DNA of 64,000 nucleotides from a candidate division FCPU426 bacterium (lineage in GTDB: Bacteria > Oederibacteriota > PGYV01 > Palsa-1178): positions 480,001 through 544,000 of the forward strand of contig CAWIXE010000001.1 of the NCBI GenBank assembly GCA_963840035.1, in the 5' to 3' direction. Below the pieces are notes generated by a model. It was not told the origin of the DNA. It searched no databases and was given only the letters and a program-made list of their open reading frames with translations. This document shows, one piece after another, positions 37,169 through 47,200 of this stretch. A program made the position numbers and the translations under genes. The stretch's first letter is position 1. Each line of letters opens with the position of its first letter.

Positions 37169-39322
37169 TTACTGATATAGAGCGGACGGAGGGACAAGAG
37201 ATTTTTCCGTTTCAAAAGGGGGTATCCACCACAGAAAAAGCTTATAATATGAAGCCTGCACGGAATGTTTAAGCTTTATATGATGAAACCCCTTGCTGAG
37301 TGTTATTGTACCGCTGAAAAGCGCTGTTTTATTTATGCTTGTTTCAAGAACCGTTGTTTCGGCAACTATTTTTCCATCTATGCGCAGTGATGAATAATCC
37401 CTGGATTGTAACAGGAAGGTATAGGGGCCCGGAGCGTCAATCATGAGCCTGCCAGACCACTCAGCCGATGAAGGCGGTTTTATGGGTGACACAGTCCAAA
37501 AAAACAGAGGAAGGTATTTTTTTTCGGAGAAAACAGGTTTTCCGGACCATGAGGGGCCTTCATAATACCTGCCTGTTAACCCCCGGGTTTTTTCCGATTC
37601 AAGCCATTGTTTTATTTCTTCTTTCCTTACGGCAAGCGCGGTAAAGCAAAGTTCGTCCCCGGTTAACGGGTCTTTTCCTTGTGTCACTGCGGCCGCAGGG
37701 AATGTGTTTTTTAATGCTGCGCTTATGGGATAGTATTCCTTCGAAATAAGGAACGCGGTATCTGTTTCTTCCCCTTTTATAAAGGGGAGGATATTATTCA
37801 CGTCAAACATTTCCGGCCTGAAGGAGCCGTCTCCCGCGATGAACCTGAAAGTGCTTCCGTAATTATAGATGTTATCCGCGATTAAAACGCGCCAACCGGG
37901 CCCGAGTTTATTTACATAAGAAGCGGCCTGATATTCATCCAGGGAAAAATTTTTCCTGCATGCGGCGTCATGCGCCTGCGGGCCAAAATAGAGGCATATA
38001 TTCCAGGCCGCTGCCGCAGATAAAAGCGCGGCTATAAAAAGAGCGGCATAAAACGGTTTTTTAATGCTGCCGGCAATGACCCTTAAATAAGAAAGGGCAA
38101 AATATATTAACGCAGGGATGACGGTTATGACCCTTAAGGATTGCGGCGCTTCTATGGAGAAAAAACCCGCGCACGCGAAAACAAGAAAATATGAAATGAA
38201 GGCAAAATTTTCGAACCTGCGCGGGCCAAAAAGGATAAAACCAAAGCCGGCCGCTGCCGCAAGGCCCGTAAAAAAATCCAGAGCCGGACTTCCGGGGAGG
38301 TTATGCCTTCCGTTCATGTCCCCCCTGAAATTAAACATGCCTAAAGTTTTAATAACCGCGTCAGATATGGCCGCGGCCATGTTTTTATCCGGGCCGTAAT
38401 TCATCCTGACAACTTCCCTGTCAAAAAGCGAGACCTGGGACTGCCTTTCAAAAAAGTGGGGCATTTTTTTTATGGAATACAGGCCAAGAGGCGCGTACAG
38501 CAGCATGGCGACAAACACGGCAGCCGCCATATTTTTTAAGTTTGCCGCGAAAAATTTTCTGTCCGTAATAAAAATATACAGGAGAACCACGGCAAGCCAC
38601 GGGGCTAAAAGCCTCGAAGCCATGTATGTGTACTGGCAAAGGACGGCGGTTACCGCGGCCAGGATGAAATCACCGGTCTTTGCCTTCCTGTACGCGCGTA
38701 TGACGTAATACAATGTAAGGGCCAGCAGAGTGACCAGTAAAATGCAGTTGAAGCCTATGCGCGAAAAATTAATGTGCCACCTCATAACAGCCAGGAGAAA
38801 AGCGCCGGCAATCCCCATGGCCGGGCCGGCCAGGTACCGCATAAGGAAATATACCGCGGCGACAGCCATAACGCCGAGCAGGGCTGAACCCATCCGCATC
38901 TGAAGGGCACCCGCGCCAAATAATTTAAAAAACGCGCTTATAATAAAGAGATAGGCTCCGCCGTCGCCTGACGGAAATTCACCCATATTTCCGCCGGAGG
39001 ACGCCAGTCTGTCCGCGATTAAGGCCCCGTCCGCTTCATCCACGTAAAATCCCGCCGGGATACTATCGAGGGAAACAAGCCTTAACACGGCCGATAGAAT
39101 AATGATAAGGGAAAATATCATAGCCTCGTGTATTTTGGAAATATTAAGCGTTGTTTCAGAGACTGCATTGTACTTTAAGAGAAGCCCCGCGGACAGCAGG
39201 AAGAGCAGTATGCCCGGGATTGGAAGCTTAAAATAATAGAGAAAAACCTGGCCAAAAAGCGCGGCTGTAAATGAAAAAAGAGGCAGGCAATTGGAATGCA
39301 TGGATCTATTGGAAAGTATCAT
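37169..39322 (-). CDS. ArnT/PMT-like GT-C glycosyltransferase (GT39/GT83-like) with C-terminal PA14 domain
   Basis: P.GFYVDEA, WHINFSRIGF, YMASRL; C-terminal GLTGRYY..SAEWSG.L..PG.YTF.L.S.D..L.IDG (PA14). Confidence 0.85.
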   Translation of the reverse strand: MILSNRSMHSNCLPLFSFTAALFGQVFLYYFKLPIPGILLFLLSAGLLLKYNAVSETTLNISKIHEAMIFSLIIILSAVLRLVSLDSIPAGFYVDEADGALIADRLASSGGNMGEFPSGDGGAYLFIISAFFKLFGAGALQMRMGSALLGVMAVAAVYFLMRYLAGPAMGIAGAFLLAVMRWHINFSRIGFNCILLVTLLALTLYYVIRAYRKAKTGDFILAAVTAVLCQYTYMASRLLAPWLAVVLLYIFITDRKFFAANLKNMAAAVFVAMLLYAPLGLYSIKKMPHFFERQSQVSLFDREVVRMNYGPDKNMAAAISDAVIKTLGMFNFRGDMNGRHNLPGSPALDFFTGLAAAAGFGFILFGPRRFENFAFISYFLVFACAGFFSIEAPQSLRVITVIPALIYFALSYLRVIAGSIKKPFYAALFIAALLSAAAAWNICLYFGPQAHDAACRKNFSLDEYQAASYVNKLGPGWRVLIADNIYNYGSTFRFIAGDGSFRPEMFDVNNILPFIKGEETDTAFLISKEYYPISAALKNTFPAAAVTQGKDPLTGDELCFTALAVRKEEIKQWLESEKTRGLTGRYYEGPSWSGKPVFSEKKYLPLFFWTVSPIKPPSSAEWSGRLMIDAPGPYTFLLQSRDYSSLRIDGKIVAETTVLETSINKTALFSGTITLSKGFHHIKLKHSVQASYYKLFLWWIPPFETEKSLVPPSALYQ

Positions 39323-39498
39323 AAGGCCCCTTTGAGCATATTTTTATCATTATATTCACCCTTTTCCAAAAAGGTCAATATAAATAAGAGGTTTATGGAG
39401 GAATAATGGCTGTTTTCAAAAGAAACCGGGCCGGCGCTTGATGTTTAAAAAAACCACGAAGTGTGTTATAATAGCCGTATGATTGACAGGAGGAACAT

Positions 39499-39828
39499 TT
39501 GAAAAAAATTTGTGTTGTATACGTCACGGTTAATGAAAGGAAAGCGGCTGACAGGATAACCGGCGTACTGATTGACAAACAGCTCGCGGCAAGCGTTAAC
39601 CGCGTGACCGGAGTGGAATCCACTTACAGGTGGAAAGGCAAAGTGGAGAGGACAGGGGAACTGCTCCTTATCATAAAGACAAAGGCAAGCCTGTTAAAGG
39701 CCGTGATAAAAGAGGTTAAAAAACTGCATCCATATGAAGTGCCTGAGATCATAAGCATGAATGTAGACGGCGGAAGCCCGGAATACATTAAATGGGTAAA
39801 TGACGTGACTATACAGGGAAAAGCATAA
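39499..39828 (+). CDS. cutA: Divalent-cation tolerance protein CutA
   Basis: LAASVN, STYRWKGKV, IKT, HPYEVPEII, YIKW. Confidence 0.93.
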   Translation: MKKICVVYVTVNERKAADRITGVLIDKQLAASVNRVTGVESTYRWKGKVERTGELLLIIKTKASLLKAVIKEVKKLHPYEVPEIISMNVDGGSPEYIKWVNDVTIQGKA

Positions 39829-39847
39829 TAAGGGAAGAACAGCAGCC

Positions 39848-41242
39848 ATGAAAAAAACAAAAATAACAGCCACACTGGGCCCGGCGACAAAAGACTACGG
39901 CAAAATAAGGGAGCTTATTTCCGCCGGGGTCAATGTCTTCAGGATGAATTTTTCCCACGGAGACTACGGATTTTTCAGCGCGCTTTTAAGCAATATCAAA
40001 AGGGCGAGGCTTGCCGAGGGCCAACCCGTGGCCATATTACAGGATTTGCAGGGGCCAAAGATAAGGGTAAAGCAAATGAGCGCGTCCGTAATTGTTAAAA
40101 GAGGGGAAGCGCTCATCATAGAGGGTTCGAGCAAGGAGACAAGAGACAAAAGTATATCCATAGATTTCAAGGGGCTGTATAAATATGTAAAAACGGGCAG
40201 CCGCATTCTCATAAACGACGGGATGGTATCGCTCAGGGTTGAAAAAATAAAATCAGGCGACATATACTGTACTGTCATAAACGGAGGGGAAATCGCGGGC
40301 AGGAAGGGAGTTAACCTCCCTGGCGTTAAGCTGCCTCTCTCGTCCATGACAAAAAAAGACAAAGAAAACCTGAAGTTCGGCCTTAAAAAAGGCGTGGAAA
40401 TTGTTTCCCTTTCATTTGTGCGCACCGCTGACGATGTCATTGCCCTGAAAAAAGAGATCGCAAAACAGAAAAAATGCCGCCCCATCATTATAGCCAAGAT
40501 AGAAAAACCCGAAGCCGTAAAAAATATCAAAGCCATACTTCATGAAGCCGACGGCATTATGGTGGCAAGGGGAGACCTCGCTGTGGAGGCCGGTTATAAA
40601 AAAATACCCGGAATACAGAAAAAAATAGTAACGCTGGCCAATGAAGAGGGCAAGATTGTCATAGTGGCCACGCAGATGCTCGAGTCCATGACCAACAACC
40701 CGTACCCGGAGAGGGCGGAGATAACGGACGTTTATAACGCCGTACTAGACGGCGCTGACGCGCTCATGCTCTCGGGAGAAACATCCGTGGGAAAATATCC
40801 GGTAAAAACAGTCAGGGTAATGTCAGACATCATAAAAAAAGCCGAGGCAGAATCGCTTAAGACCTGCCGCGAGAAGACAGCCATAAAGACCGAAAACAAT
40901 TATGAAAACACCCTTTCATACGCGGCCGCCGCAGCCCAGGAAATGCTTCCGGGTTCTGAAGTGGCTGTTAATGCCAATACAATCGAAGACGTATCATATA
41001 TTTCGGATTACAGGCCTAAAAAATCAGTAATTTGCGTGACGCGCGATAAGGACCTATACAATAAGATGGCGGTATATCATTCCATACAGCCGGTGCTTGT
41101 TAAGGGCAACAATCCTGAAAAATCAGCCGCGGAAATAGCGCGTAAAATCAGGAACGTTAAGAACCTGATATACGTTGAATATGGCGGGAGCAAAAAAAGA
41201 AACGGCTCCATGACCTTATTGAAGGTTAGCGATTCAAAATAA
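39848..41242 (+). CDS. pyk: Pyruvate kinase
   Basis: TKITATLGPA, RMNFSHG, DLQGPKIR, IAKIE, MVARGDL, ATQMLESM, MLSGETSVG. Confidence 0.95.
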   Translation: MKKTKITATLGPATKDYGKIRELISAGVNVFRMNFSHGDYGFFSALLSNIKRARLAEGQPVAILQDLQGPKIRVKQMSASVIVKRGEALIIEGSSKETRDKSISIDFKGLYKYVKTGSRILINDGMVSLRVEKIKSGDIYCTVINGGEIAGRKGVNLPGVKLPLSSMTKKDKENLKFGLKKGVEIVSLSFVRTADDVIALKKEIAKQKKCRPIIIAKIEKPEAVKNIKAILHEADGIMVARGDLAVEAGYKKIPGIQKKIVTLANEEGKIVIVATQMLESMTNNPYPERAEITDVYNAVLDGADALMLSGETSVGKYPVKTVRVMSDIIKKAEAESLKTCREKTAIKTENNYENTLSYAAAAAQEMLPGSEVAVNANTIEDVSYISDYRPKKSVICVTRDKDLYNKMAVYHSIQPVLVKGNNPEKSAAEIARKIRNVKNLIYVEYGGSKKRNGSMTLLKVSDSK

Positions 41243-41254
41243 GCGGAGTTTTTT

Positions 41255-41311
41255 GTAGCGGAAGGATTTTATCCTGCCGACGCAAAGGCCAGCCAGATAT
41301 GCGCCCGCTAC
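41255..41311. repeat. Degenerate GTAG-type REP pair
   Basis: gtagcggaaggattttatcctgccg...gcccgctac. Confidence 0.55.
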
Positions 41312-41382
41312 GAAGGTTTTCGGCATGTGAACAAAAACATATCGAAATACGTCAAAATGGAAATATACTACAGGAGGAAACA

Positions 41383-42390
41383 ATGAAACTTATTAAATTA
41401 GCGGCAGTGATTTCCGTATTCATGTTTACGGCGGCATGTACCCAGCAGGCAGCGGCGGCTACCAAGGCCACTCCTGTACCGACAAAAGCAAAGGCAGCGG
41501 CGGCAAAACCCGCTGCCGTAAAAACAAAGCAGGCGGCCAACGAGGATTATTCCATCGCGTATGTCAATGACTTTGACGGCGAGTGCGAGATAAAGAGAAA
41601 AGGCGAAGACATACCCGAGGCGCTGCAGGACCTTTACATACCGCTTTATGAAGGTGACACCATATCCACCGGAAGCGACGCGGCCATGGAAGTGGTCTTT
41701 GACGATTCGACCATTATTAAGATGGATTCAAGGTCAACCCTTGTGATTAGGAATTTGAACAGAAAAAAAGAATCAAAGACCATGCTTGAGCTGTTAAAAG
41801 GCAGGGTTGTGGCAATAGTAAAAAAACTGATGGAAAAGGATGAGTTCTCGGTAAAGACCAAGATGGCAATGGCCGCGGTAAAAGGGACGGAATTCATAGT
41901 GGACTCCGGGGATGAAAAAGTCGGAGTGTATGAAGGGGCCGTGGAAGTATCAGGCATGGACATGAGCGGGAACGTGCTCAATAAAGTGGTCCTGCAAAAA
42001 GACCAGGAAACGATAATAATAAAGAACCTCCGCAGGCCCGACAGGATAAGGCCCATATCGGCGAATTTTGTAAAGCGCTATAAGGAAGTAAAGGACCTGC
42101 GCGCCAAGATAGAAATGATGAGGGAACTGCGGCGCTCCGGCAAGATAAAGAAGTTCAAGGTGGAGAGAAGGCTTAAAAGGATAGAAAGCCTGAGGACCAT
42201 GATGAACGCCGACCCGGATAAGTTCAATAACCTGCCCGAAGGGCAGAAGGCGCTGGTAAAGGAAATAATGAAGGAAGAACCGGCCTTAAACGCGCAGAAG
42301 GAAGAGCTGGAAAAGGAAAAGCGCAAGGATAAGATGAACAGGTTAAAGATGATGTTAAAGAAGAAAAAAACGGATAATAACGAGGAATAA
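41383..42390 (+). CDS. FecR-domain lipoprotein with charged helical C-terminus
   Basis: Lipobox TAAC; LYEGDTISTG, F.D.T.I.M...S.L, KTKMAMAAVKGTEF, VGVYEGAVEV. Confidence 0.85.
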   Translation: MKLIKLAAVISVFMFTAACTQQAAAATKATPVPTKAKAAAAKPAAVKTKQAANEDYSIAYVNDFDGECEIKRKGEDIPEALQDLYIPLYEGDTISTGSDAAMEVVFDDSTIIKMDSRSTLVIRNLNRKKESKTMLELLKGRVVAIVKKLMEKDEFSVKTKMAMAAVKGTEFIVDSGDEKVGVYEGAVEVSGMDMSGNVLNKVVLQKDQETIIIKNLRRPDRIRPISANFVKRYKEVKDLRAKIEMMRELRRSGKIKKFKVERRLKRIESLRTMMNADPDKFNNLPEGQKALVKEIMKEEPALNAQKEELEKEKRKDKMNRLKMMLKKKKTDNNEE

Positions 42391-42410
42391 TAAAGCAGGG
42401 TATAATGCAT

Positions 42411-42441
42411 AAAAAGGCCGGCTGAAAAAGCCGGCCTTTTT
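42411..42441. terminator. Rho-independent terminator (bidirectional form)
   Basis: aaaaaggccggct-gaaaa-agccggccttttt. Confidence 0.88.
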
Positions 42442-42467
42442 ATGTTTGTTCCTGATTGTTTGGTTTT

Positions 42468-42500
42468 AATCTAAAATCGAAAATTCATAATCCAGAATCC
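42468..42500. repeat. Heptamer array (AATCYNN)x4-5
   Basis: aatctaa aatcgaa aattcat aatccag aatcc. Confidence 0.55.
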
Positions 42501-42518
42501 TGTTTTTGTAAAGAACCC

Positions 42519-42547
42519 TTGTATAACCCCGCTTTTAGTAGTATAAT
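42519..42547 (+). promoter_or_regulatory. sigma70-type promoter
   Basis: TTGTAT-17 bp-TATAAT, about 125 bp upstream of the next CDS. Confidence 0.55.
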
Positions 42548-42672
42548 TGAATCTGATCCAAAAAATCACATTTTCAAATGCATTTTGGGTTTAAAAGATG
42601 CGGCAAAAAGCTTGGACTTAAAGCCTGCCACATGCGGGAAGGCCCCTTAAGCGGCGGTTTTTCCGGCGGGAG

Positions 42673-44310
42673 ATGATTCACATGACTCAGAAAAAGGAAT
42701 TTTGCGAAAGCCTGAACTATCCGGCCAAGAACTTAAGGCCGCTGGGAAAAGAACCCATATCTGTCCCAAAAGACCCCATGATAACCGATTTCTCGCCGTT
42801 CAAAGGCAGCACTGTCACGCCAAAGCACTTCCATTACGGGCTGTATTTTACTGCCTTTGACGTGCGCGATTACGGCCCGCAGATAAAAAAATTCATGAAG
42901 ATTTTCGCTCCGCTTGACGTAAAAAAAGTTTACCTTGAGACATACCGCGACGGGTACACCGTTGATAAAGCCGTGCTTGAAGCCGCCAAGAAAGCCCTGC
43001 ATGAGGAGAAGTACCACGTCTCCGGCGGGATTACACCCACGCACTTTTCCGACAGGGAAAAGAACGAGTTCCCTACGGCCTCAGGCTGTTTTACCGACAG
43101 GGAAGCAAACAGAAAAATGAAAAAAATATTTGAGTTTACCGCCGAGATATTTGACGAAATAATCATAGACGACTGGTTTTTTACGGCGTGCGAATGCGCG
43201 GACTGTAAAAAAGCCAAAGGCAAAAAGACATGGCAGGAATTCAGGTCCAAGCTCATGTTTGACGTCTCAAAAAAATACATCATAGAACCGGCTAAAAAGA
43301 TAAACAAGAACGTCAACCTCATATTAAAGCTCCCGAACTGGTACGAACGTTTCTATGACAGGGGCTACGACCTGACAAAACTCGTGGATATTTACGACGA
43401 GATAGCGGTCGGAACCGAGACCAGGGACTATAACGAGGCGCGCTTCATGCCGGCGTACGGTTCCATGCTCTTTAAGTATATAAAGCAGATGGCGCCGGAC
43501 AAGGTTAAAAAAGCGTGGTTCGACGTGTACCAGTGCAATAAAGAAATATACACTGAGCAGGCATACCAGTCCATCTTAGGCGGCGCGCACGAGATAATAC
43601 TTTTCTGCGCCGGAATAATGCCGCAGCCGCTCATCAGGCCGGTCGTGGAAGAGCTCATAGAAAAGACAAATAAGATAGACAGGCTCTCCTCGTTCGGCAA
43701 AATGTTCTCTGTGCCGATGCTCAGGGAGGCGAACACTTACGGCGACGAGCTTTTCAACCAGTACCTGCTCATGATGGGCATACCGTGCTACATGTCGGAC
43801 AAACCCAACCATAAGGAAAAAATGATAGTCCTGACAGCACAGTCCGCGCACAGGGAGGATTACTCCTCGCTTTTTAACCACCTTTTAAAGCAGAAAAAAT
43901 ACATGTTCATCACTTCGACATTCGCAAAGGAACTCAAAAAATATTTCCACATAGAAAAACTCAAGGAAGAAGTAAAGGTGGAGTTTGTGGCGTATAAGAC
44001 CGCCGAGGCCTTCATGGATAACGACGTCTATATTACCCACGAGATAAATAACGGCAAGAGGATAGCGCTGGTAAATAACGCGTACTCATTTATCAGCGTA
44101 TTTAAGATAAAAGAATCGAACATCTGGGTTTTGAACATGCCCTATACCACGGATGAAATATCCACCCACACGGGCGCGAAAATAAGCGAGAATTTCAGGT
44201 TCCTGTTAAGGAACGAGCAGGCGCTGCGCGCCATACAGTCGGCATTTGACAGCTACGCGAACATAAAGCTTTTTGACGCGGTAAAGACTTTTTATAAGTA
44301 CAAGATTTAG
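42673..44310 (+). CDS. Hypothetical protein with a glycoside-hydrolase-like TIM barrel and a CxCxxC insert
   Basis: KVYLETYR, FDEIIIDDWFFTACECADC, LKLPNWYE, GTETRD. Confidence 0.65.
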   Translation: MIHMTQKKEFCESLNYPAKNLRPLGKEPISVPKDPMITDFSPFKGSTVTPKHFHYGLYFTAFDVRDYGPQIKKFMKIFAPLDVKKVYLETYRDGYTVDKAVLEAAKKALHEEKYHVSGGITPTHFSDREKNEFPTASGCFTDREANRKMKKIFEFTAEIFDEIIIDDWFFTACECADCKKAKGKKTWQEFRSKLMFDVSKKYIIEPAKKINKNVNLILKLPNWYERFYDRGYDLTKLVDIYDEIAVGTETRDYNEARFMPAYGSMLFKYIKQMAPDKVKKAWFDVYQCNKEIYTEQAYQSILGGAHEIILFCAGIMPQPLIRPVVEELIEKTNKIDRLSSFGKMFSVPMLREANTYGDELFNQYLLMMGIPCYMSDKPNHKEKMIVLTAQSAHREDYSSLFNHLLKQKKYMFITSTFAKELKKYFHIEKLKEEVKVEFVAYKTAEAFMDNDVYITHEINNGKRIALVNNAYSFISVFKIKESNIWVLNMPYTTDEISTHTGAKISENFRFLLRNEQALRAIQSAFDSYANIKLFDAVKTFYKYKI

Positions 44311-44340
44311 TTTTTATTGCTGTGATCTGTTACAACGTTG

Positions 44341-44397
44341 GTAGCCGCAGCCTTTAGGCTGCGTAACGGGGTACCGCAACCTGAAGGTTGCGACTAC
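44341..44397. repeat. Inverted GTAG-type REP pair (REPIN-like)
   Basis: gtagccgcagcctttaggctgcg ... cgcaacctgaaggttgcgactac. Confidence 0.8.
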
Positions 44398-44445
44398 CAA
44401 AAACACATTTCCATATTGGCAACGATTAAAAAAAAGGGGTAATAC

Positions 44446-44667
44446 ATGGCAAAATCAGAAAAACCAAAAATGAACATGATACTGCTCTGCTGCCTCGGAT
44501 TCGTGGGGCTGGCGGGAATACACCGTTTCTATTCAGGCAAGGTACTCACAGGCATACTATGGCTGATAACGGCCGGGCTGTGCGGCATAGGCACCATATA
44601 TGACCTGATTGTAATCGGCACGGACAATTTCAAGGATTCAAACGGCAATACAATAAGCGACAAGTAA
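44446..44667 (+). CDS. TM2-domain protein
   Basis: GLAGIHRFYSGK..GILWLITAGLCGIG..YDL. Confidence 0.9.
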   Translation: MAKSEKPKMNMILLCCLGFVGLAGIHRFYSGKVLTGILWLITAGLCGIGTIYDLIVIGTDNFKDSNGNTISDK

Positions 44668-44743
44668 ATACGGACTAAATTCAAACCATCAAATGGAACA
44701 AAAAAAAGTTAAATAGCCGTCATTAAAAATAAGGAGGCGTTAT

Positions 44744-45109
44744 ATGGCAGGGGTAAGTTTTATAACACATAACGGAATAAGGATCCTGTATGAAGACTAT
44801 TCAGAAAGCAAACCCGCTGAAGTATTAGGGTTTCTTGAAAAAGCAAAAACGATTATTGCCGCGGAACCTCCAAATTCGGTGCTCGCGCTTGTTAACGTAA
44901 AGGGGTCAAATTTTGACAGGACCGTCGCGAACGCCATGAAGGAATTCGTAAAAGCAAACACCCCGTACATAAAATGCTCGGCCGTTTATGGGGTCGAAGG
45001 GCTCATGGAGGTTGTATTTAAGGGCGTTATAGCTTTTTCCGGGAGGAAAAATCTCGTGCTTTTCAATGTGCTTGAAGAGGCAAAGGAGTATCTTGCAAAC
45101 CTGAAATAA
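44744..45109 (+). CDS. SpoIIAA/STAS-SEC14-like small protein (tandem copy 1)
   Basis: HNG.RILY.DYS..SVLALVNV..ANTPYIK.SAVYGVEG..EAKEYL. Confidence 0.7.
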   Translation: MAGVSFITHNGIRILYEDYSESKPAEVLGFLEKAKTIIAAEPPNSVLALVNVKGSNFDRTVANAMKEFVKANTPYIKCSAVYGVEGLMEVVFKGVIAFSGRKNLVLFNVLEEAKEYLANLK

Positions 45110-45129
45110 CAATTTTAAGGGGAGAAAAC

Positions 45130-45495
45130 ATGGCCGGAATCAGCTTTATAATGCACAACGCAAAGAGGATGCTGTACCTGGATTTTTCAAACATGAACAT
45201 GGAACAGTTTTTTGAAAGCCTGGAAAAGGCAAAAGCAATGATATCCTCAGAACCTGAAAAGTCAGTGCTCACCCTTGTTAACGTAAAAGGCGGAAAATTT
45301 GACACAAAGGTAAGCGGGGCCCTGAAGGAATTCGTAAAATCAAATACCCCTTACATAAAAGCCACTGCTGTTTACGGCGTGGAAGGACTTATGGACATTA
45401 TTTTCAAAAGCATACTCGCGGTTTCAGGCAGGAAAAACCTTGTTTCTTTTACTGACCTGGATAAGGCAAAAGACTACCTCTCCGGACAGAAGTAA
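45130..45495 (+). CDS. SpoIIAA/STAS-SEC14-like small protein (tandem copy 2)
   Basis: Same length (121 aa) and colinear similarity to 44744-45109. Confidence 0.7.
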   Translation: MAGISFIMHNAKRMLYLDFSNMNMEQFFESLEKAKAMISSEPEKSVLTLVNVKGGKFDTKVSGALKEFVKSNTPYIKATAVYGVEGLMDIIFKSILAVSGRKNLVSFTDLDKAKDYLSGQK

Positions 45496-45564
45496 AAATC
45501 ACCCGCAACCCATGGCGTTTTCATGCGTTATATAGATATGAAGCAAAACACATAAGGAGATGCC

Positions 45565-47177
45565 ATGAAAAAGACAATCATAATCCTCGCACTTGCAGCC
45601 TTATTAGCGCCTGTTTACGCGGCGGATATTTCCATAGACACATCCAAGGGCCGCTCGCCCATTTCAAAGTATATCTACGGCACGAACCAGGACCTGGCTT
45701 TAAACACAAATTACACCGCCCGCAGGCTCGGCGGCAACAGGATGACAGGTTATAACTGGGAAAATAACGCCTCAAACGCCGGCCAGGACTGGCAGCACTC
45801 AAGCGACAACTATCTGCTGGATTCCTTAAGCGAACCCGTGACCGACCAGAACGAAGCCGGAAAACTCCTTACGGCATTCCACGATAAGTCCCTAACCATG
45901 AACGCCTACTCAATTATTACACTGCCGCTTGCCGGATATGTTGCAAAAGACAAAGGCGGGCCTGTCAGCGCGAAGGAAAAAGCGCCATCGGCAAGATGGG
46001 CAAAGGTAATGTTCAGCAAAAAAGGGGAACTTTCCCTGGAACCCGATAAAAATGACGACACAGTATATCTTGATGAGGAGGTAAATTTCCTTGTCAATAA
46101 ATACGGAAAAGCAAATACCCCGACCGGAATAAAAGGGTATTCGCTGGACAACGAGCCTGACATATGGGCGTCCACACACCCGATGATACATCCTGATAAA
46201 GCAGGCGCGGAGGAGTACATACAGAAATCAATAGAAGCGTGTACTGTCATAAAAAAACTGGATCCTTACGCGGAAACTTACGGACCTGCCTCTTACGGTT
46301 TCAACGGTTTCAAAACGTTCCAGGACGCGCCGGATTACACCAAGCAGCAGTGGACCTACGGCTGGTACCTGGCTTACTACCTGGATGCCATGGCAAAAGC
46401 CTCAAAAAAATCCGGGAAAGGCTGCTTGATGTCCTTGATGTGCACTGGTACCCGGAGGCATCGGCAAACGGCAAGAGGATAGTCTTCTCGCAGGGCGCGG
46501 CTGATGAGACGGCGGAGGCGCGCGTGCAGGCGCCGCGCTCGCTGTGGGACCCGGATTATACGGAATCCAGCTGGATATGCTCCAGCGGAAACTGCCCCAT
46601 CACGCTCATACCGAAACTAAACGACATGATAAAAAAGTATAACCCCGGAACAAAACTCTCGTTTACTGAATATGAATACGGCGCGGGCTATCATATCTCG
46701 GGAGGCATTGCCGAGGCTGACGTGCTTGGAATTTTCGGAAAGTACGGAGTGTACATGGCGAATTACTGGATGGTGGAGCTCGGGGCTTATACGCTGGCGG
46801 CATTCAGGCTCTACAGGAATTACGACGGCGAGAACGGAATGTACGGAGATACGAATGTAAAAGCGGACAGCTCGGATGTGGAAAAGATAACGACTTACGC
46901 TTCGATAATAGGAAATGACGAAAGCAAGCTTCACATAATCGCTATTAACAAAGACCTGGGCAATACGCAGACGGCAAACGTAACGATAAAGTCGGATCAG
47001 ATGTTTACGGAAGGCAAGGCATACGGTTTTGACAAGGCAGGCGGCCCGGGCATTACTTTAAGGGAGACATTCAGCGGGGTTAAGGGAAACAAGTTGTCGT
47101 TTGTCATGCCGCCGCTGTCGGCGTACCACCTGGTATTGGTTTCAACAGGTGTAAAGAAGACTACAAAGAAAAAATAG
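45565..47177 (+). pseudogene. GH44 endoglucanase/xyloglucanase split by a single-base frameshift near 46404-46420
   Basis: ISKYIYGTN, RLGGNRMTGYNWENNASNAG, LDNEP (frame 1) then RLLDVLDVHWYPE, LSFTEY, HISGGIAEADVLGIFG (frame 2). Confidence 0.88.
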
Positions 47178-47200
47178 CGGTTTAGATATTAAATATTTAC

